Origin: Basidiobolus meristosporus CBS 931.73
Lineage: Eukaryota > Fungi > Basidiobolomycota
Assembly: GCA_002104905.1 (NCBI GenBank)
Contig: MCFE01000011.1
Location: 186,001 to 250,000 of the forward strand
Length of the DNA stretch: 64,000 nt
Reading direction: 5' to 3'
The notes below the pieces were generated by a model. It had not been told where the DNA came from, did no database searches, and saw only the letters and a list, made by a program, of their open reading frames with translations. The position numbers and the translations under genes were made by a program. Positions 47,995 through 61,300 of this stretch are shown here, piece by piece. How positions within the stretch are numbered: the stretch's first letter is position 1; the number at the start of each line of letters is the position of its first letter.

Positions 47995-49628
47995 ATGGGC
48001 GTAAAACAACATTCGGAATATCCCTCCACTGTTGAAAAGGGGTCCAACTCAGAAGACCAGGATTCCAATCCTTTCACTAGATTGCCCGAGACTGATCACG
48101 TCGCTCTACTGTCCACATCCAGCTCCCCCAGAGAGCTAAATGAAGATTCATCCAAAGCTCGCTTCACATCACCCGATATCTCGTACCGTTACCATCCAAC
48201 TTCAATGGAAAAGCCTCGAAGCGCTTCTGCCTCATCGGGAGAAGGCGAGACTTTGCTGAAAAAAATCTGTCTCAATCTGTTTTACATCCTCACCTGGTGA
48301 GTTCACGACCATATTAACAAATGAACCATCCAACTAATTTTCCTCACAGGTATATATTCTCGACCGGGATCTCCTTATACAATAAATGGATGGTAGATAA
48401 AAATCATTACAACTTCCCCTACCCATTGTTCATCACGTCGATGCATCAAGTAATGCAGTTTGTGTGCTCTGGCTTGTGCTTGCTCATCTTCCCAGCTTTA
48501 AGACCCACTATATATCCATCAAAAAAAGACTACACGTAAGTACGAGCGTATGTACGTTTCCCAATCGAATCACCTAACCTTTCCACCCTTGATAATGCAG
48601 AACCAAAATTGTTCCTTGTGGTGTGGCAACTGGGTTCGACATCGGACTTTCTAACTCCAGTCTCAAAACCATTACCTTATCTTTCTACAGTAAGTTCCTG
48701 ATATGCCTCAGAATAATGCTCCACTCGGTCGCTAACCACGAACGTCAACAGCAATGTGTAAATCATCGTCGTTGGCGTTTGTATTAATGTTCGCTTTCAT
48801 GTTCAAACTTGAAAGACCTACGTTCTCTCTGATTGGAATAATATTTATAATATCATTTGGTGTCTTGCTAATGGTCACGACGGAAACATCGTTCGCACTT
48901 GTTGGGTTCGTAATTGTGTACTCGGTTCTTGATATTGGAATCTAACACTCCATCTTTTCATATAGATTCATTCAAGTCATGACAGCTGCACTACTTGGTG
49001 GCCTTCGGTGGTCCTTAACCCAGATCCTACTAAAGAAGGATTCAATGGGACTTCATAACCCAATTCTCACCATCTTTTTCTTGGCCCCCATCATGTGGGG
49101 AGCTTTGCTGCTGTGTGCGTTCTATACCGAAGGCCTCGGAGATATGCTAAACTCTCCATTCTTTAAGGACTTCATCACCTCATCTCACACAATATGCGCC
49201 ATCCTCCTCGGTGGACTGATGGCCTTTTTGATGGTTTCCGCCGAGTTCATGCTAATCTCTCGCACCTCAGTGGTGACACTTTCAGTGGCAGGTATCTTCA
49301 AGGTAAGAAAATTCCTGGGTGTGTAGGTCAGTTCTCAAATACCTAACATGACGAGAACTTTTAGGAAGTCCTTACGATATTTGTTTCGATCGTCACATTC
49401 GGTGACAAAGTGACTGGAGTCAATATTATTGGCTTATGTGTGACTTTATTTGGTATCGGGTTGTATAACTGGCTAAAGATGCACCAAATGAAAAGAAAGA
49501 CTGCCGACGCCGAATATAGCAAAATTAATGATATGGCTCTAGGGGAAGATGGCACGTTTATGCCTAATGCCACCGCAGAATGGGATGAAGAAACGCTAGA
49601 GGTGACTAAAACACAGTGGAACCATTAA
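47995..49628 (+). CDS. Triose-phosphate/nucleotide-sugar transporter family protein (SLC35C2-like), multi-exon
   Basis: Spliced ORFs give ILTW|YIFSTGISLYNKWM, FPYPLFITSMH, VPCGVATGFDIGLSN.S, MCKSSSLAFVL.FAF.FKLE, GGLRWSLTQILL, RTSVVTLSVAGIFK|EV and GL.VTLFGIGLYN. The first introns are 48297-48349 and 48536-48600. The 3' end is uncertain, with a possible further short intron near 49602-49647. Confidence 0.85.
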
Positions 49629-50031
49629 AGCTGACTCAAACAACTAGCCCATCATGTTGGGCGTTGAAAGTCTACTATCACCATACAGACTGTCAGCTTA
49701 CGACCAAGTCCTATTACTGCTACTTCACATGAATTGACTGCTATCATGACTTGTACCTTGCCTGTTCAATTGCCCTCTTTTTATTAAATGTTTAGACGGC
49801 ATATTGCCATTAAACGATCTTCTGCAGAATCCCTTCCGAATCGGGGTAATTCTCCATTTGGATGGATTGCTTCATTCATCGAGAATTCAAAGTGGTCGTT
49901 ACAACATTTGTTCTTTATTGTACATTGTGGTATTGCTAACATAGTGTTCACTTTGGATTATGTTGGATGTGTATGTACATGGGATTACGAAAACCAGTAG
50001 ATCATGTGGCGGATATTTATATAGAGGACCA

Positions 50032-50268
50032 TCAATCGTCACCAGTAAGCTTCATCACGACATACTTGCATTTCATGGCCAGACTGCGATGGTAGATGGC
50101 TTCTTCAACGCTCACGCGTTTGCCGTGGAGGGTGTAACTGACCTTGGAAGAAGGAGGTTTGGTTTGCACAGTCTTAGTGGTTTGTTTGTTTTTGTGGGCG
50201 TTGTAGAACTGGTTGACACTCTGCTGAGCGCAGGAAGTGTTGTTAAAGGATTTACTTTGTTGAGTCAT
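50032..50268 (-). CDS. Microprotein family member C (78 aa from ATG 50268)
   Basis: The ORF track starts at a TTG at 50355, but TATATAAA at 50323-50330 lies inside that extension. The first ATG (50268) gives MTQQSKS, which matches member B (MTQPSQS). Motif KVSYTLHGKRVSVEEAIYHRSLAMKCKYVVMKLT. Confidence 0.72.
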   Translation of the reverse strand: MTQQSKSFNNTSCAQQSVNQFYNAHKNKQTTKTVQTKPPSSKVSYTLHGKRVSVEEAIYHRSLAMKCKYVVMKLTGDD

Positions 50269-51752
50269 GAATAGAAGAACGTGAGATACTTGTGTGTTGG
50301 GAACGGTCAGGGCTTCGGTGGATTTATATATTTGTTGGAAAAAGCTTAGCTCCAATAATGGTGAAGTGTAAGCCCAAATAGGGATGGGAATACCAATGAT
50401 TTCGGTATTTTAGTCACAATCGCTCTATTAAGAAATGCCATGACATCCATTTGTGGATCATGCGTGAAATCTAACTTGTTCACACAGGTAATCACTCACC
50501 ATGTCTCGCACTGGTGGGTGGTTACTAGGGAGATCATGCTGGTGCATAGCGACAATATGACTGGGCTGTATGATGAAAATTTATCCGCTACTTGTGAGAA
50601 AATGACCTCATATCCAAGTAAGGGCTTGGCTTGACTGTAAACAGCCTTTTCGGTAACATTCTGAATGCACCACCCTAAGGTACGGATATTACAAAAGAAC
50701 CCACCAATTTGTCAACTCATGAAACATGGTTAAACCAGTCATGAACAAAAATCGCACCATAGGATAGGTGACTTTTGAGTGCTACTCCCAGACCACTAAC
50801 TGTGGTCAAGATTGTCCATATGGTAAGTATAACGCGCCGCCGACTACTCAATACGCAGAATTCCCCATGCTACCAACATACTTGTTTTCCTTGTCCATAC
50901 TTAGTAACGATGAGTTACACTGACGCTGATATGTTCAAAAGAGTGAAAGGAAATCATGTCGAAAGGAGAATGGTTGGCTATAGATGGTGCACAAAATCAG
51001 CTCAGCCTTATTTGAAGGAAATCCTGTCTCGTGCCATGATTTCGTAAGTATGCCCCTTGTGAGCTCATGGAGTAGTACAAACTCTGCTTATGTCTTGCCT
51101 GATGGCCCAAGTCGAATTCTCCTTCTATTAGATTTACCAGCTTGCATAATCTTCGAATATTCGCAGCAGTTACGGGCCAGATCACGAGGGGCTGGCCTGC
51201 GGATGATCGATACTCAAAGCTTGGCTTTTGCCAATTAAGATTATCCAATCAGCAGGATCCAGACATTAATGGGGACTAGAATGGTTCTGTGCCAATTATC
51301 TACGTGTGAACAGTTCCTTAGACATTTCTAAGGACACTTGGCCTAAGCAAGCCACATATCAGATAAGTGGCTTGAGGACTAAACTGTGTTTCTCCACCTG
51401 GCCCTATCCCGTTCAGATCCCATCACAACATGTCTTATATCGCCAAGAGACAAGAGTTCCAAAGTCGATTGAAGACCCTTTAGCCTATCAATAGTCCAAT
51501 AGTGAACAATGCAAAGCATTTCTCGCAAGTTGGAAAGTTGTTCAAGTTTACCAGTTACAGACAAATCATATCCGATCAATGCATACTAGTGTCCAATTGG
51601 ATGGTAAATCAAATAATATTCTTGGCAATCACTGGTAGATTCAAGGCAATTGTTACGGTAAATGTTATCACAATGATATGGGCTTGACAGAAGAGCTTCT
51701 ATATAAACCTTAGGATTCTCCGTACCTTGGGAAGAAGCACACTCATCATACA

Positions 51753-51980
51753 ATGACCAAGATGGACCTAATCCAGCAACCTTGCACTCACCCTGGCTAC
51801 TTCACAAAGCAACCATGGCTGACACCGGTCAAAGTAGCACCACCTGCTAGCATTTCCGATCTAAAAGTTTCATACACGCTTCGCGGGCAATCCTTGAGCA
51901 TAGACGAGGCGATGTATCATCGCAAGCTTGCATTGGAATATAAAATTAGAATGGTCATCCTGACCCAGAACTCATCTTGA
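51753..51980 (+). CDS. Microprotein family member D (75 aa)
   Basis: ATG ORF with TATATAAA at 51700-51707. Motif KVSYTLRGQSLSIDEAMYHRKLALEYKIRMVILT. Confidence 0.72.
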   Translation: MTKMDLIQQPCTHPGYFTKQPWLTPVKVAPPASISDLKVSYTLRGQSLSIDEAMYHRKLALEYKIRMVILTQNSS

Positions 51981-53375
51981 TTCGAAGGACTAACATCTTA
52001 AATCAAAACACCTCAATGGACACTAGTAGATAAAAGCTAATAAAACTCATTACACTTACAATTACGCTTCCGACAGATTACCACTGCACCCTACGAAACT
52101 GCAAATAGCAGTGTTCTCAATGGGTGCTTGCATTTATGGAAAGCAAAGCTCACGAGACCAGACGTTAAAATAGTAACGGCAACAACCATTAAATTAGGAT
52201 ATACTAAATGTATGTTAATTCATACTTGAAGACTGTTAAATGGAAACCAGCTTCAGCTTTAAATATTCAAATTTCACACACATCATTAATTGGTGCGGTA
52301 TCTTGGGTAGAGGCGGGCGCACACGGTATGAAACAATGGTATGTATATCCAGCTCAAACACCCAGATATCAACTGGAATTGGTTTTGTTGAGGTAGTATG
52401 GTTTCTCTTTACTCAGTGGTTTCACTGATTATCCCAAAATGAATCTATACTTCGTACAATTACGTTGCCTTTACAGTTGGGTAATACAACAGGAGGCATT
52501 GATACCATGTCTTGCAAAGCCGCATTGGACCTGGCTCTATGGTGGTCCAAAAAGAGGGCTACAATGATTGCTTTCTTGAAACGTCAATATATATCAAGTC
52601 CAATCCAAAAAAAAAACCAAGTGGCATATTTAGATATAAGTGACGACTAACTTCGGGACATCCAATCTATTGAGATACACCCACCTGAAAGATGTTTATA
52701 ACAGGTAGCTGTTATAGCGTAGCAAATAATCAATTTGGCACCTAATTATTTATTGACTATTTGGTCAGAAAATTCGTATTGTACTAGATACCGTGAAATT
52801 CATCATATATAGGGAGATACTCGAAAGGCGTCCAGCAGCCCCTAAACTTTACATACATAATTATAGGGCCTCTCTCAACACGTCTATATCATCGCCTTTG
52901 TAAAGTAATGCAAAAATTTCTTTTAGGTCCCCAGTTCTATTTGTTATATTAATAACCAACAACGATAATGGTACAGTTTCAAAAAGTGTCATCAACCTTG
53001 AGATAGCAATATATTGATAGGAAATAGCATTGCTCTGCTTCCAAATTGAATTTCTCCTCAGTATTAATAATACTAACATGATGGCCAGACGCATTAGCTA
53101 TGGAGGGATTTCACACAACATCACACCCATTAATAAAGATTCATTGATACCTGATATTTTGACAACTTTATTCCGGGAAGTGCAGCCATTAATTATCTTG
53201 ACATTTTATTTTTGCATTTGCATTGGAAATTTACAATAAGCAAATAGGTAGATTATTGATGGAATACTTAGCTCACATAATATTTGTTGACTGCTTTGAT
53301 AAGTGGAAAACCTGGGAGTGGGTAACCAGCAAGCTAACGTCATACAACTATTCTGTTTCTTCAATCTACTTTATA

Positions 53376-53525
53376 TTGTAAGCTTCGTAATTACACCTAA
53401 ACATTCACTTAACTTGGTCACTTAAATCATAGTCTACAAATCTTGGAGAATTCTGGCCAAATGCCTTTTCGGGATTTACCTGGAATCTTCTCACCAAACC
53501 ATCAGGTATCCAGAACATAAAATAT
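53376..53525. repeat. Diverged dispersed copy of the 13957-14105 repeat
   Basis: A manual ungapped alignment of 13957-14066 to 53376-53485 gives 78/110 identities. The match continues to atcaggt..cat.aaa after a short gap. Confidence 0.65.
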
Positions 53526-56500
53526 CTCAAAGTAGTCCAAACAGCCCCAAAACTTGCATACATGTTTTTGAGACCTACCTAAACATATTATAGGTGTTTG
53601 TTTTGCCAAGACCATATAAAAGTATAAATATTACTTCTACATTCAATAAATTATGTGAAAACCACATAATCTACTTCTTCTCCTAATCACTCCCAATATC
53701 TCCAAAACTCTTACAACACTTTAAACCCCCCTCCCCCTCCCAAAAAAAAATGTCGCAACAGAACTCCACCGCACTCAGATGTCTCAGCATTACAAATGAC
53801 ATACCTACATACCCTAACAGAATCCAAAATATGCCTATTAGCCGTTAGCACACTCAGTAGAACCGAACAATATCAAATCTATAATTGCAAAGTGTATTAC
53901 CATCACTACAACAATAGAAAAGGATAATTACCTGCAATCACCAGAGGTGATACCTAGTTTGGAATCTTAAATATAAATTTCTTGGTATTCTGGTGGTACT
54001 GCATTTCAATTTTGCTAACACGTTGAGTGCACATCAGCTTGGTCACCTTGCAATAAGGCTCAGACACTTTGAAGTTGGTTGACGTAAAGTTCTCGGTATA
54101 TTTCCCTTAGTACTGAACCATCAGTATTGGTAGGTCATTCAATGTTGAGACTTTCTTCTGGGAGAGATTTGTTGATAATAAGTGAGGAGTGAATTTGTCA
54201 CCTGTTGGTATATCGAGTCACAGTAAAATGTATATATCTTTTGTGCAACTTGGTGAGGATATCTGCTAGAATATGTAGTGAAAGATCGTGAAAAGATATG
54301 TGCAAATGTGAGTTTTGGAACAATATTCGTATAACTTCCACCATTTCCACAACCCTGAACGGTCGATAAATGATGTTGCGAAATTGTTCAAATTGCATTG
54401 ACCAGGCCTCAAACTATATACGAATGACTTGATGTTGAACTAATTAATTGCAACAGCTTCTGGATACAGAAGTCAAAAATGTGAGGTATCCATAATTCAT
54501 TCCTAGTGTATCCTATGCTGTTTGCAATCCCTCTACAGCCACCATATTCGACCGTCATGACACGGTAGAACTTCCAATAGCTTGGGGCACTTTAAAACCA
54601 CTGTAAGATTGGTATGTACAGTCGATCTTGAAATATATTTCCACGGATTATCTGCAGTGAAAAGGTGTCTGGCTATCACTTAGAAATATTGCCTAAATAA
54701 CATGAATATGATATGCATTGATAATTATAGGAACCTGCTAAGTTCCAGTTTCCACAATACTTCCCTTCCTGGGCTCATAGGAACACTAAATATGGATGGC
54801 GGTCTCAAAACCTAGCACATACCAACCATGAAACCTTTTAGTGAATCAATCCATAGGAGTAGGGTATGGAATAATCCCTTGATGCTCATTTTGTTGATAA
54901 TATACTTGCATTTTCGCCATCGCCAATATGAACATGTCTGAGCATTCATCAACACACATGTGCATAATTTCTACATCTTGGTGGCCATTAGCCCCACCTA
55001 AATCCCCAAAACACTGGTTTGATACCTGTTGTCGCTTATCCCGATCATACAACAACCTAACAAACAACATTCGTTCCTGCTAATATCAAACATCAACAAA
55101 GATATCATCGCGCTCACGGATCCTGTGCTTAGTTGCCAAGATAGATCACAATACAACCAACGCATCCCGTTTAGACCACCAAGACGGGGAAGTCAGTGTA
55201 TGTAGTATTTCTGACCACTTATCCGCCGTTGTTTGGTATGATTGGTACAATTGGGAGCTTATGAGGTAGTCTTCGCTGGCGGCGGTATCCTTCCGGGTCC
55301 TTTTTGTCATGTGTCGAATACACGCAGATATCCTTGGCATTTCTCAAGAATCCTGAGAGCGACCAGCTATGTGCCGAGCCAAAACATTCGCTGATGGAAA
55401 TTTAGATACCAATCTACATACACACTGAAACCTGTCAATATTGAAGATCATGACATGACATCCATTTACTAGCCTATCCTTATGAACCGGTAGAATTCCC
55501 TTCGAATAAGTATACCGCCAGTATCACATGGGCATCACTTTTAATGTGCTGAGTGAGCAGTAATCAAGTATGTTGCCAGATTATAGAATACGCTGAGGTC
55601 TGCACAGCATGATTATAATATGAACAATGATGTATGACACCTATATACGTCTGATTCCACATCACATACAACCTATACTATTGCTGGACTACTGAGCAAG
55701 ATTCGCCATTACGATTGATTAGAACTCTTGATAAAATAGGCCATCAATCTATTTCAGAGAATCCCTATTGATTGGCCAGGTGGCCGATTTGTGACTGGCA
55801 TTTCCAAATCCTTCACCGTGACTGAGCTTAGCCACTCTACCCCAGAGCCACAGTTGCATAAATGGGGTCCAACTTACCCAAGAAGTGCCCTCCAGTCACC
55901 AGTTGCGTGGACGCCAATCATTCTTTAATAGAGCGCAGCAGTCATGTCACTTTTAACATGCCAGAAACAATACCTGTTGGCGGAAGAGGTTGGTGCAAAG
56001 AATTGTGATGTATTAATAGAATGTACTTGATAGCATCGATATAGCTTAACTGTTGTCTGGCTCCGTGTTCTTCGCTTTCAATGAAGCACAGCTTTATTGG
56101 GTTTCACGCATTCAAATTGATTTGGCTCCATGAGCAGCGTGATTGGTTATCTGCCGCCCCTTCCCTCCCTATTTCCTCTGGATGCTCCGAAATATCCATT
56201 CTGCACTGCCCCAATCCATAAGAGCCGTGGTTTATTCATCTGGAACCTTGTGCCACATGATATATATAGAACGTCGTAATGGTGGTGCCGAGGCTCTGAT
56301 TGGAGTTCGATGTGCCATAGATTGGACCTTGTAACTTCAAGTGATTTGCATCTCCACTTCAGCTGCCTATTGGATTCTACGATACTCTAGGCAAATCTCT
56401 GTAAACTCTTTGAGAAAGATTGCCGCATGTCACTTTTGCTCAACAAACTGGATAAACCATGTCCACACAGTGCCGGGGAGTAGAGGGGATGGTGAATTCG

Positions 56501-56827
56501 GTATGAGACTTGTGTTCATCAAAGGTTTACTGATCAAATATAACCCGGATAATTGTGTTGACATCATCAAAAGCGCCAGGAAGGTGGTAATCAAATATTA
56601 TGAATAGGGGAGGGGAATTTCAGCACGAAACAAGAACGAGGTATTAAGCAAATACTATTATGTATCTTCAAAAAACATTATTTATCCTGACGGGGAAGCG
56701 AAGGGATTAGATCTTCGCAAATAAAATTTTCATGAAGGAATGAAGATGTACTGGGGTAACTGAGTGGGATGTATAGGAGATGTTGATGAACAAGTGATCG
56801 CAAGCAACAAAAACCTCACAGAGATGC

Positions 56828-58363
56828 CTAACGACAGAAGAGCATACAAGGTGCAAAAATAGACGACGCGATACTGTACCACCAGGAGGTATTCTCGGGT
56901 GGCAGATACGCCGGTGTGAGATCAGAAGAAATGGGTAATTTACACATAGGACAAGTACCGGACTTCGTGGTCAACCAAGGATCAATACACTCGAGATGAT
57001 AGTAGTGACAGCATGGCAGTTCACGGACTTCTTCCCCATCTTTAAAGTCGTCCAAACAAATGGGGCAAACGCTTTGAGCAGTCTCTTCGTCGTCGGATTT
57101 GAGTTGATGGGGGGAAATCATACTCTTGGGGTCGTATGCTGGCGGAGGTTCCATAACAACAGTGAACTGGTGATTTTCCTCATTTTTGCCGAGGGCAGGG
57201 CGAGCACGTAGGTCTCCTTTGGCGTGCCATACTTTGATGGGAAGCTTGCCCAAGGCACTCTTATGGATGACCATCATCTCAGTACCATCGGGAATATTGT
57301 TACGGAGTGCGTAGTTGCGGCGAAGTCGATATAGGTGGCAATGCATGGCCACTACGGATTGGAAGTGTTAATTTCATGTAGACCTTGAGCTGTAACTGTA
57401 TCGGCGATCTTGTTAAGAACTTACCGGATATGACCAGCGAAAGGAACAAAAGTACAACAACAATTATCAAGGTAAATTCCCACACGCTTGGGAATGATTT
57501 CTCGTTGGCCAACAAAGTGAATCTGATTTGTCTTTGGGAAGCACTTGACACTCCAGCGGGCTTCAGTTGGCTGCTGGCAATATTTTGACTCATTCGAAGC
57601 CCGTCATTCGAGGAGATGGCAAAGGCTGGGATGACAATTGGGACCGAGAAATGAAGGTTGTCGAAGCTGACATCATCCCCGTTTGGTGAGTAGATGATGA
57701 CCCCACTTGCATGGTCATTTTGGGCACGAGTAATCTTCCAATCAAGGGTGCAGTTGTCCAAGGAGATCAACGCAATTCGAGCGTATGTTGTGCGAACATT
57801 GTTATTTGCTGTATTGCTGTTTGGCAAGCCAACACATGGAGCGTCTAGAATGTATCCGATTCCCTAAATATGAATGTGATTAAATTTAGATCCTTGGGAG
57901 TGTTGTCACAATCACTACGAATAGAAAGAGCATCTATGCCAATGAATGGTCATAATTCAGTGGCGTGATCTATCGTACAACTAGAATGGAACATATGGCA
58001 TATAGCTAACGAGAAATGAATTGAGAATTTGGCTAGATGTGCATTGAGTAGCGAAAGGTGATTGCTATAACTATATAGAGACAAAGTAAAGCTCATTACC
58101 TCCAATCCTTTGTCGCTCACTGCTGCCGTGTTAGGAACAACACGAACTCCAGAAGTAATTTCGGAGGAGGCGGCGGTATTATCAGCGGATATGCTGAAAG
58201 TACTGGTATCCAAATAAACATAATCTTCGCGTATTGAAGAGCTTTTCCCACCGAATAAGCCAGCAGAAGTCAACTGAATGTGGAAACAAGCCAACAAGAG
58301 GGTAATGATAGACAACCAGCGCCTGGTTGACCACCCAGTGGTCGCTGTGCTTGTTAAATACAT
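56828..58363 (-). CDS. PA-domain / TM / RING-H2 E3 ubiquitin ligase (RNF13/GOLIATH/RMR-like; ~408 aa, 3 exons)
   Basis: Exons 58363-58100, 57863-57425 and 57351-56828. Signal peptide, PA domain (RIALISLDNC....KI..AQ...ASGVIIY), TM helix VWEFTLIIVVVLLFLSLVIS, and RING-H2 CPICLDDF..GEEVRELPCCHYYHLECIDPWL..KSGTCPMC. Confidence 0.88.
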
Positions 58364-61300
58364 GACGTACTAATATCGAGCAATAATAAGTAGCATTAAA
58401 TTAGTAAAACGACCGTTAGTGCCTGAGGAAATTGATGTCTAAAGTACGTTATAACAACCTAGGGAATTGCGTCAAGATGGTGTAAACGCAGAATGAAGGG
58501 TAAATAGGTAAAAGAAATAAGTAGAGGGAAGCAAAACAAGTCGGTCGAGGCAGAGGCAGGTTAAATATATAATCTATTGTGCTGGTGAAAAAAATCACTG
58601 TCCTCGCAAGAAGGGGGATAATTTAATCACTGGAGATTGGTGAACAAAAATAGGTCAATTTCTCTACATTGTTGTAACTGAATTGTGTTTTCGAAGTGAT
58701 CACACTGGAATGGGGACATCCATTGTAGGACAAGTTGGCTCATCAAAAGAGTGGCAAACAAAAATAGAACCGACCTATTTAAAAGCATTAAATTATATTT
58801 AATTGATTTGGGTCGATATTGGTGTGAATCTTTGGATCCAGCTTCACGAGTCAAGTACCTTCAACCTTTTCTAAAAGAGTAGTTATCTTTAACAATTGTG
58901 TCTATCATATAATGAACTTGGGTACTACATCAATTCTTCGAGTTAAATCAACTAGGGCTGAATTGAAGATGGAGGTATGTTACACGAAGACATTGAGTGG
59001 TGTTATTGGTGACATGGGTGATATTTGGTATTCCATAAGTGGCTTTGAGATACCATATATATACAAATCAAGCTCAGACGTTTATTCCAACATTAGACTA
59101 CTGATCAAGTTTAGTCACATTTTCAATTAGTTTGGCTGTATGTATAAATTAGTTATAAGAAGCCTCCCCCCTGAAGGTCCGAAATAATACATCAGACATT
59201 TTCACCCAGTTTTCTTCAGTCTAGTTCATTTAGTTTTACCAGAACGAGGTCATACAAAGCTCACAGCGTTAAATGACACTTCATCAACTATAAATTGAAA
59301 TCACTACGAGTTTCCTATGTATTTTGATGGTAGCAAGCCAATGAATATATGTTAGGAATCTCCGTCGATTGATCCAGTCTACCTTCAGGCATAGTGATTA
59401 AAGGTATGTATTACTTGTGGGGTTTCGAAGCACCTTGGAATATAAAGAGAAATTTGGATAAGTACTGGGGGCCGGGGCGTAGGTGCTGGTACTCTATATC
59501 CATAGAGTCCTAAATTTGTGTCCTAGTTTGATGAATGGTGTGCCAACCTTGATATATTATGTAATTATAAGGAACCTGTGACAATTTGGGTATTTATGAT
59601 TTAAAACCAATGATTCATTCCATCTTGCAACTTGTGAAAGATACACAAAGATTTCCTTGATATTACCAAGTTACAAGAAAGTTAACGAGGGGTTATTGCA
59701 AGCAGTTAGTTTAGCTCCTAGTTATTCGTTTATTATGAATTTGTACCTTACAATTGTTTTGAAACTCAGCTATTGTCAACCAGTCAGAGTTATAAAAAAG
59801 CTGAAGCACTTTCAAATGTCTTTTTTCAGCCTACTAACTTGGCACATACCCTCTCCATGACCCTCCACAGCATATTCTAGAAGATATTTTCTCGAAGCGC
59901 CACAGAAGTAAAAAGCTATAACGATTATTAGCTAGACAGAGTGAGGAATCATTAGAAAGACTGAAATTTCAAAGGCCCGAAAGAACCTGCATTTATTAGA
60001 TATCTCTCCATGACCTTCCAAAACATATTCCAACTGTTATTTATATGGATTATCACCGAGTAGATAATACTTGACCATTGCTCAGCTTACCAACTGGTGA
60101 ATAATTCACTTCTGACCAATTAATACTTAATTGCTTCCGAATCATAATTCAACTTCCAAAAGCGGCTATCAAGCAATCACTCGGAAATTATGGCATTGTG
60201 CCAGTCCAAGAAATTTATCGGGTACCAGAATCAACTGCCTGATGGACCTCGTCCCATATATTGTAATTTTTAGTGTTAGAAACTCGGAGTCGTCGCATAT
60301 TGTATATACCTAAGATGGATAGTGCAAAATCCATCATGCAAGGTGACGTCTCATAACTCTAGACTTTCTCAACACATATAGTTGCTATACATCAATACGG
60401 GTATTAATCATTAGTATCAGCTTGATTGACTAGATGAGGAAAAGCTTGGTATATCAGTCATGAAATGAGTGAAAATGGAGATTGATAAGGATGCAATTTT
60501 AGTTCGGATATAATTTCCCCGTATTTTGATCTGGGTGATTGTTGTAACCTGAGTGGTAGATATCTGAGTTCCCAATTCAGTTCAACAAGAAAAGTATAAT
60601 TTATTGACCCATCAATTACATTCCAATACGATTATAGGACTAGTGGTGAGAGTATGTAGACAGCGGGATGACTCTAAACTTCCATCAAAAGATCTCATTG
60701 CTATTGCCGGCTCATCGCTGAGTCAGGGTTTGGAAAAGACGAAGTGACGTAGCGTATAACCACGACTTGGAGCATCAAACTGCCTCAAGGTGGAACAGAT
60801 AGCAGTTCCGGAATTTCAAAAGCTCTTTCAGTTGGAACCTCATCGCGCTTTCTATACTAAAGATGCTAGAAGAACAGCACAACCCTGTATATTCTTAGGA
60901 TATGTATGTTTCGATGTGCCAAAGGCATCATGGTGAAGCTGTAAGCGATATAAAACAATTATAAGAAAAGCTCATCAAGACAAGAATAATTTGCTAAGGG
61001 TGCTTGAGCCCAGAATACTGGATGTTAGTAAGATTTCGTACACACTCGATATAACTGAAGCCAAAATACATTAACTAGTAATAATAACAGCGGTGTGTGG
61101 CAAGGGGAATGGAAGTATAGCCCAAGTGATGAAACGAACCTAATTAGATTCAGGTGCTCAGCAACTTCGATATGTAATGCCCTTTCCCATTGGATGAGGA
61201 TCTTCCACTCTGACAATCATGACCAATAAACCCAAGTTTCTAGCCTATTTGGCACGAATGCCCCGAATATCCGCAATCTATATAGGGAGGGAAATTGAAA

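Noticed and set aside
50269-50355. N-terminal extension of microprotein C in the supplied ORF track
   Set aside because: It starts at TTG and spans a TATA box. The ATG at 50268 gives a length and N-terminus matching the paralogues.
60660-60910. Plus-strand peptide ending AQPCIFLGY, like the Ty1/copia post-integrase KC.FLGY motif
   Set aside because: The upstream frame has stops and lacks the integrase or FGC context, and I found no LTRs.
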